Source: Pseudomonadales bacterium
Lineage (GTDB): Bacteria > Pseudomonadota > Gammaproteobacteria > Pseudomonadales > GM7GCV1
Assembly: GCA_965204215.1 (NCBI GenBank)
Contig: CBDBDZ010000014.1
Coordinates: 165,252-229,251, forward strand
Direction of reading: 5' to 3'
Length of the DNA: 64,000 nt
Shown here: one piece after another, positions 60,136-64,000 of the stretch
How positions within the stretch are numbered: position 1 is the first letter of the stretch
How the letters are laid out: each line of letters begins with the position of its first letter
Program-made: the position numbers and the translations under genes
Notes under the pieces: generated by a model
The model's input: only the letters and a program-made list of their open reading frames with translations
What the model was told of the DNA's origin: nothing
Database searches by the model: none

Positions 60136-60544
60136 TCAATCTACTGGTAGGTAGAGCCAGCCTTCATGAGTGCAGCAATAGCTAATATCACCTGCCCAAA
60201 TTTGATTGGGGGCATTCAGGGTTAAACTTTTAGCCTTGGCACGACCCACATTAAAGTCTTCTTTGCGCAATGCATTGGATAACCTTCTAGCTCCTATGCT
60301 ACCTCGAGACTCAGTGTGTAATGTTTCTACATTGATAACTTGGGCAGGACTTTTACACCAGGCGTAATAACTACTACTGCTAACACTTATCACTCGACAT
60401 AATGCAGTCACAGGATAATACTCTGATTCACGAGTAATAAAATCATATTTTACGTTCCATTTTTAAACGTTTATTATCACTCCTTAATTGATTAAGTTCA
60501 GCCGCTTCTTCTTTAAGATGTCCGTTTTTACTATAGTCAGTACA
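60136..60544 (-). pseudogene. IS3-family relic shortened by several internal deletions
   Basis: Left-IR-like TGTACTGACTATAGTAAAAACGGACA, OrfA tail ELNQLRSDNKRLKMER, and OrfB pieces PVTALCRV...SYYAW, SRGSIGARR and PNQIWAGDISY...EGWLYL. Confidence 0.8.
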
Positions 60545-60697
60545 AACCTAATAATTTCCATTTAAGTGCAAAAGTCTCTTCCTGTATGCAAAACCAATAA
60601 TTATGGGGTTTTCTAACTATTCATTGTTAAAAAACTAGTGTAGAATGAACGCTTTGATTTTTCTTTATCCACCATAAAAGTTTATAAGGGCAATTCC

Positions 60698-61243
60698 ATG
60701 CACAAACAACACATTCTATTAACATCGTTACTATTAGTATTGACAGCCTGTGCTAGCAATACCACTGACACTTCTAGTCGTTCAGACAATTATGGTTCTA
60801 ATAATTCCAGCGCTACTGACTCAAATGTTGCTGAACATAGTGATGTCACTTCCGTAGATATTTCTGACAGCGATAGTGACACAGGCAGCAGAAGCATGAC
60901 AGACAGCAGCATCCCGACTGCCGCTACTATTTACTATTTTGCGTTTGACCGTTCTGTACTGACCGATGAGGCCAAAACGGCATTAAAGGCGCATGCTGCC
61001 TACTTACAATCCAGTGGTAAAAACGCTATTATTGAAGGTCACGCTGATGAACGCGGTTCACGTGAATATAATATTGCACTCGGCGAACAACGTGCAAAAT
61101 CGGTTAAAAATTATTTAACAGCCCAAGGGGTTAACAGTTCTCAGCTTGAAACGGTCAGTTATGGTGAAGAGAAGCCCATTTCGCGCGCTAATACTGAATT
61201 AGCCTGGTCAATTAATCGCAGGGCTGTACTCGACTATCAGTAA
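60698..61243 (+). CDS. pal: Peptidoglycan-associated lipoprotein
   Basis: Lipobox LTAC; OmpA-C motif IEGHADERGSREYNIALGEQRA. Confidence 0.95.
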   Translation: MHKQHILLTSLLLVLTACASNTTDTSSRSDNYGSNNSSATDSNVAEHSDVTSVDISDSDSDTGSRSMTDSSIPTAATIYYFAFDRSVLTDEAKTALKAHAAYLQSSGKNAIIEGHADERGSREYNIALGEQRAKSVKNYLTAQGVNSSQLETVSYGEEKPISRANTELAWSINRRAVLDYQ

Positions 61244-62116
61244 ATGCCAAAGTTACTCATTAATCTCGGTAAAACGCTAGCAACTGCTAGCGTTTTCGTT
61301 TGGGCAAATACTTATGCTCAACAAACAGATACCAACACAATTCAGGCACTGGTACCACAACCTATTGTCGACACTTCGCCTGCCGGGCAAGAACCTTCGC
61401 AGGAATTAACCCAATATGACCAATTGCAGGCCATTCGCTATGAGGTGCAAGAATTACGTGGCCAAGTTGAGGAATTGAACTATCAAATTGAGCAACTCAA
61501 AAAACAACGAATAAAAGACTACCTGGATCTTGATCGCAGATTGATTGAAATTTCTGAACGCAGTGAAGGCAATATAGCTCCCACTGCCTCTTATATTAAT
61601 GACAGCACTACATTTGAAACATCTACAAATGAATTCAACGATTTCAATGCAACGACTGGTATTAGTGAGGCTAACGAACACAATACTACCAATGATGTAG
61701 ATGTACTTTATCAACAGGCATTCAACCTGCTGAGAAATAAACAGGCTTCAGAGGCTTTAGAGCAGTTTATCACTATTATTGAGAATTACGCCACAACAGA
61801 TCAGGCCGCTAATTCTTTGTTTTGGGCAGGGCGTATCTATCAATTACAGAAAAAAGACGAATTAGCACGGCAACAATTTGTGCAATTTCTAAAGAATTTC
61901 CCCACTCACCGCAAAGCAGGTGAAGTTGCTTATTTCCTTGGTAAAATTTATTTTGATTTAGGCGATATTGAGCGCACAGCCGCGCTAATGGACTTAGCTG
62001 TTAACAGCAGCGACACCAAAGTTATTAACTTGGTTAACAAATTTATTGAGAACAATCTAACAACTGAAGAAAGTTCTGCAACAGCAGGTGATGCCACACC
62101 CGCATCGCTTTTATAG
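61244..62116 (+). CDS. cpoB: Tol-Pal-associated protein CpoB (YbgF)-like
   Basis: Signal peptide, coiled coil (EVQELRGQVEEL..QIEQL..QR...YLDLDRRL) and TPRs; directly after pal. Confidence 0.8.
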   Translation: MPKLLINLGKTLATASVFVWANTYAQQTDTNTIQALVPQPIVDTSPAGQEPSQELTQYDQLQAIRYEVQELRGQVEELNYQIEQLKKQRIKDYLDLDRRLIEISERSEGNIAPTASYINDSTTFETSTNEFNDFNATTGISEANEHNTTNDVDVLYQQAFNLLRNKQASEALEQFITIIENYATTDQAANSLFWAGRIYQLQKKDELARQQFVQFLKNFPTHRKAGEVAYFLGKIYFDLGDIERTAALMDLAVNSSDTKVINLVNKFIENNLTTEESSATAGDATPASLL

Positions 62117-62118
62117 TA

Positions 62119-62814
62119 TTGGTGCTAAAATTAAGAACGGCGGCGTCAAGTGTCCAAACAAAGGTGGTTGACAAAAGCCTGCGTGTCACCGAAATTTTTC
62201 ACTCCATTCAAGGTGAAACCACTTTCAGTGGACTTCCCACAGTTTTTATTCGATTAACAGGCTGCCCTCTGCGTTGCAGTTATTGCGATACGGAATATGC
62301 CTTTCATGGCGGCGCAAAATTCACCCTTCAAAGCATTTTAGAACAAACTCAAAACTATCATTGCAAGCATGTCACCGTTACAGGTGGCGAACCCTTGTCG
62401 CAGGAAAATTGTATTGATTTGTTAGAGCTGTTAGTTCAACATAGCTATAGTGTTAGCCTTGAGACCAGTGGAGCAATCAATATTGCCAATGTCCCAAATG
62501 ATATACACATCATTTTAGATTTAAAAACACCTTCGTCTAATGAGTGTCATCGAAACCTTTGGGTCAACTTAAACACAATAAAACCCAGCGATCAAATTAA
62601 ATTTGTTATTGGTAATAGCGACGACTATCAATGGGCTGTCAGTACGATTATGCAATACAATTTAAACGCGAAAGTTAATGAATTATTGTTTTCACCCATT
62701 CATGCTCAACTAAGCCCCACAGAATTAGCCCAGTGGATATTGGACGATAAACTACAAGTGCGCTTACAATTACAACTGCATAAATATTTATGGAACGATG
62801 AACCTGGTCGTTAA
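62119..62814 (+). CDS. queE: 7-carboxy-7-deazaguanine synthase
   Basis: EIFHSIQGE, radical-SAM CPLRCSYCD and TGGEPL motifs. Confidence 0.95.
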   Translation: MVLKLRTAASSVQTKVVDKSLRVTEIFHSIQGETTFSGLPTVFIRLTGCPLRCSYCDTEYAFHGGAKFTLQSILEQTQNYHCKHVTVTGGEPLSQENCIDLLELLVQHSYSVSLETSGAINIANVPNDIHIILDLKTPSSNECHRNLWVNLNTIKPSDQIKFVIGNSDDYQWAVSTIMQYNLNAKVNELLFSPIHAQLSPTELAQWILDDKLQVRLQLQLHKYLWNDEPGR

Positions 62815-63493
62815 CCCAGCAAAAAAAGCTATTGTGTTAACTTCTGGCGGTTTGGACTCTGCCACAGTACTTGCCGTAGCCAAAGCCGATGGTTATCAAT
62901 GCTATAGTTTAAGCTTAAACTACGGTCAGCGCCATGTAGCAGAATTGGATGCCGCTGAAAAAGTGGCAATATCAATGGGTGCCATTGAACACAAAATTAT
63001 TCATTTAAACCTTGAAGCTATCGGCGGTTCAGCATTGACAGACTTTTCAATAGCCGTTCCCGATGCTGATATTGATAACAGCGCTATTCCCGTTACCTAC
63101 GTACCCGCCCGCAATACCATATTTTTAAGTATTGCCTTGGGTTATGCCGAAGTCGTCAATGCTGAAGTCATTTTTGTCGGGGTCAACGCAGTCGATTACT
63201 CAGGTTACCCTGATTGCCGACCTGAGTATATTAAAGCCTTTGCTGCTATGGCTGCATTAGCAACCAAAAGTGGCGTTGAACAACGGCCTGTTCGTATTGA
63301 AGCCCCTCTTATCAACGACAGCAAAGCCGACATTATTCGCAAAGGCATACAACATGGGGTTGACTACAGCATGACAGTATCTTGCTATAGAGCCAACCTT
63401 TTGGGCAAAGCTTGTGGTCAGTGCGACAGTTGTTATTTACGCAAACAGGGTTTTAATGATGCGGGAATGGAAGACCCAACGCGCTATTATTAA
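62798..63493 (+). CDS. queC: 7-cyano-7-deazaguanine synthase
   Basis: [26 protein letters not shown] and CGQCDSC motifs. Confidence 0.96.
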   Translation: MNLVVNPAKKAIVLTSGGLDSATVLAVAKADGYQCYSLSLNYGQRHVAELDAAEKVAISMGAIEHKIIHLNLEAIGGSALTDFSIAVPDADIDNSAIPVTYVPARNTIFLSIALGYAEVVNAEVIFVGVNAVDYSGYPDCRPEYIKAFAAMAALATKSGVEQRPVRIEAPLINDSKADIIRKGIQHGVDYSMTVSCYRANLLGKACGQCDSCYLRKQGFNDAGMEDPTRYY

Positions 63494-63504
63494 TCTGGTA
63501 ATTT

Positions 63505-63797
63505 AATATCAACCATATTTTTATAATAGACAGGTGAGTTACACCCAAGCGGGTTGCTTCTTTATCTAACGAACTAATCATCCATGCAGGAAAATCAACA
63601 TTAAGACCATTGCATTAGGCATCCTGTCTATGTAACTGGGGTCGTATTGAAAAAATGCGATTTTTCAATACTCGCAAAATCAAACACTTATAGTGCCCGA
63701 TTTTGAGTGATACTATCCTGTATCACGCGACCATTGCTTAATGCAATGGTCTTACATTGACTCTTTTCTGCTCTTGTAGAGGACGTTTGGCTTTCAT
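63505..63797 (-). pseudogene. BrnA/CopG-like antitoxin, internally deleted and split by MITE-B
   Basis: Removing the MITE and one ACATT gives MKAKRPLQEQKRVNVDFPAWMISSLDKEATRLGVT..SIIKIWL. End coordinate approximate. Confidence 0.75.
63603..63753 (+). repeat. MITE-B, full copy (151 bp)
   Basis: 15-bp IR AAGACCATTGCATTA; ACATT duplicated on both flanks. Confidence 0.92.
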
Positions 63798-63997
63798 AAA
63801 ATGCTCTCTCTTCTTTGCGTGAACGTCTAACAGAAATAATTCGTATTGAGCTACCTCTGTAAGTAATGATTGCCGACCAAAATTTACTGTTAATGCGACC
63901 AACAACTAATGAATGACTTTCATCTTTAGCTGAAATTTCTACAAAATTAGGGTAAGTCCAAAAGCGGGAGGCAGGCAGCGTGATTAGCGGTTTAAAT
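63785..63997 (-). pseudogene. BrnT-family toxin relic
   Basis: FWTYPNFVEISAK...LVVGRINSKFWSAIITYRGSSIRIISVRRSRKEE..FYES. An in-frame stop lies upstream and there is no start codon within the window. Confidence 0.75.
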
Positions 63998-64000
63998 TAT

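Noticed and set aside
63494-63600. tRNA-Lys often found after queC
   Set aside because: There is no cloverleaf here; the sequence is the antitoxin relic on the minus strand.

Overview
A 64-kb chromosomal segment of an AT-rich gammaproteobacterium that looks like it is undergoing IS/MITE-driven genome erosion. The taxon is inferred from protein similarity and gene order only. About 1-15.3 kb is a mosaic accessory region. It holds IS4, IS630, IS3, IS30 and IS1634 elements, a truncated P4-type integrase beside tRNA-fMet, two tRNA-like att remnants, a hicBA module, an IS-truncated Ig/cadherin + NHL-repeat lipoprotein and two unknown membrane proteins, wrapped around rpmB-rpmG-tRNA-fMet. About 15.3-58.6 kb is mostly housekeeping: topA, ppiD-hupB-lon-clpX-clpP-tig-tRNA-Leu, rpoH, trmB, comF-rlmE-ftsH-folP-glmM-hisIE-tatABC-nfuA, uvrA, leuA and several metabolic genes. 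About 58.6-64 kb has decayed toxin-antitoxin modules (AbrB/Doc, BrnTA), an IS3 relic and pal-cpoB-queE-queC. The most distinctive non-coding signal is four families of short non-autonomous inverted-repeat elements (called MITE-A to -D here). They insert at TTAA(T), often at stop codons or into each other's termini. MITE-D has an end nearly matching the end of the IS630 element in the window. There is also a near-perfect sigma32 promoter upstream of rpoH itself, with a MITE-D copy at its expected transcription start. I found no CRISPR array, rRNA or recognisable complete defence or biosynthetic system. All protein calls come from recognising motifs by eye; no database search was run.
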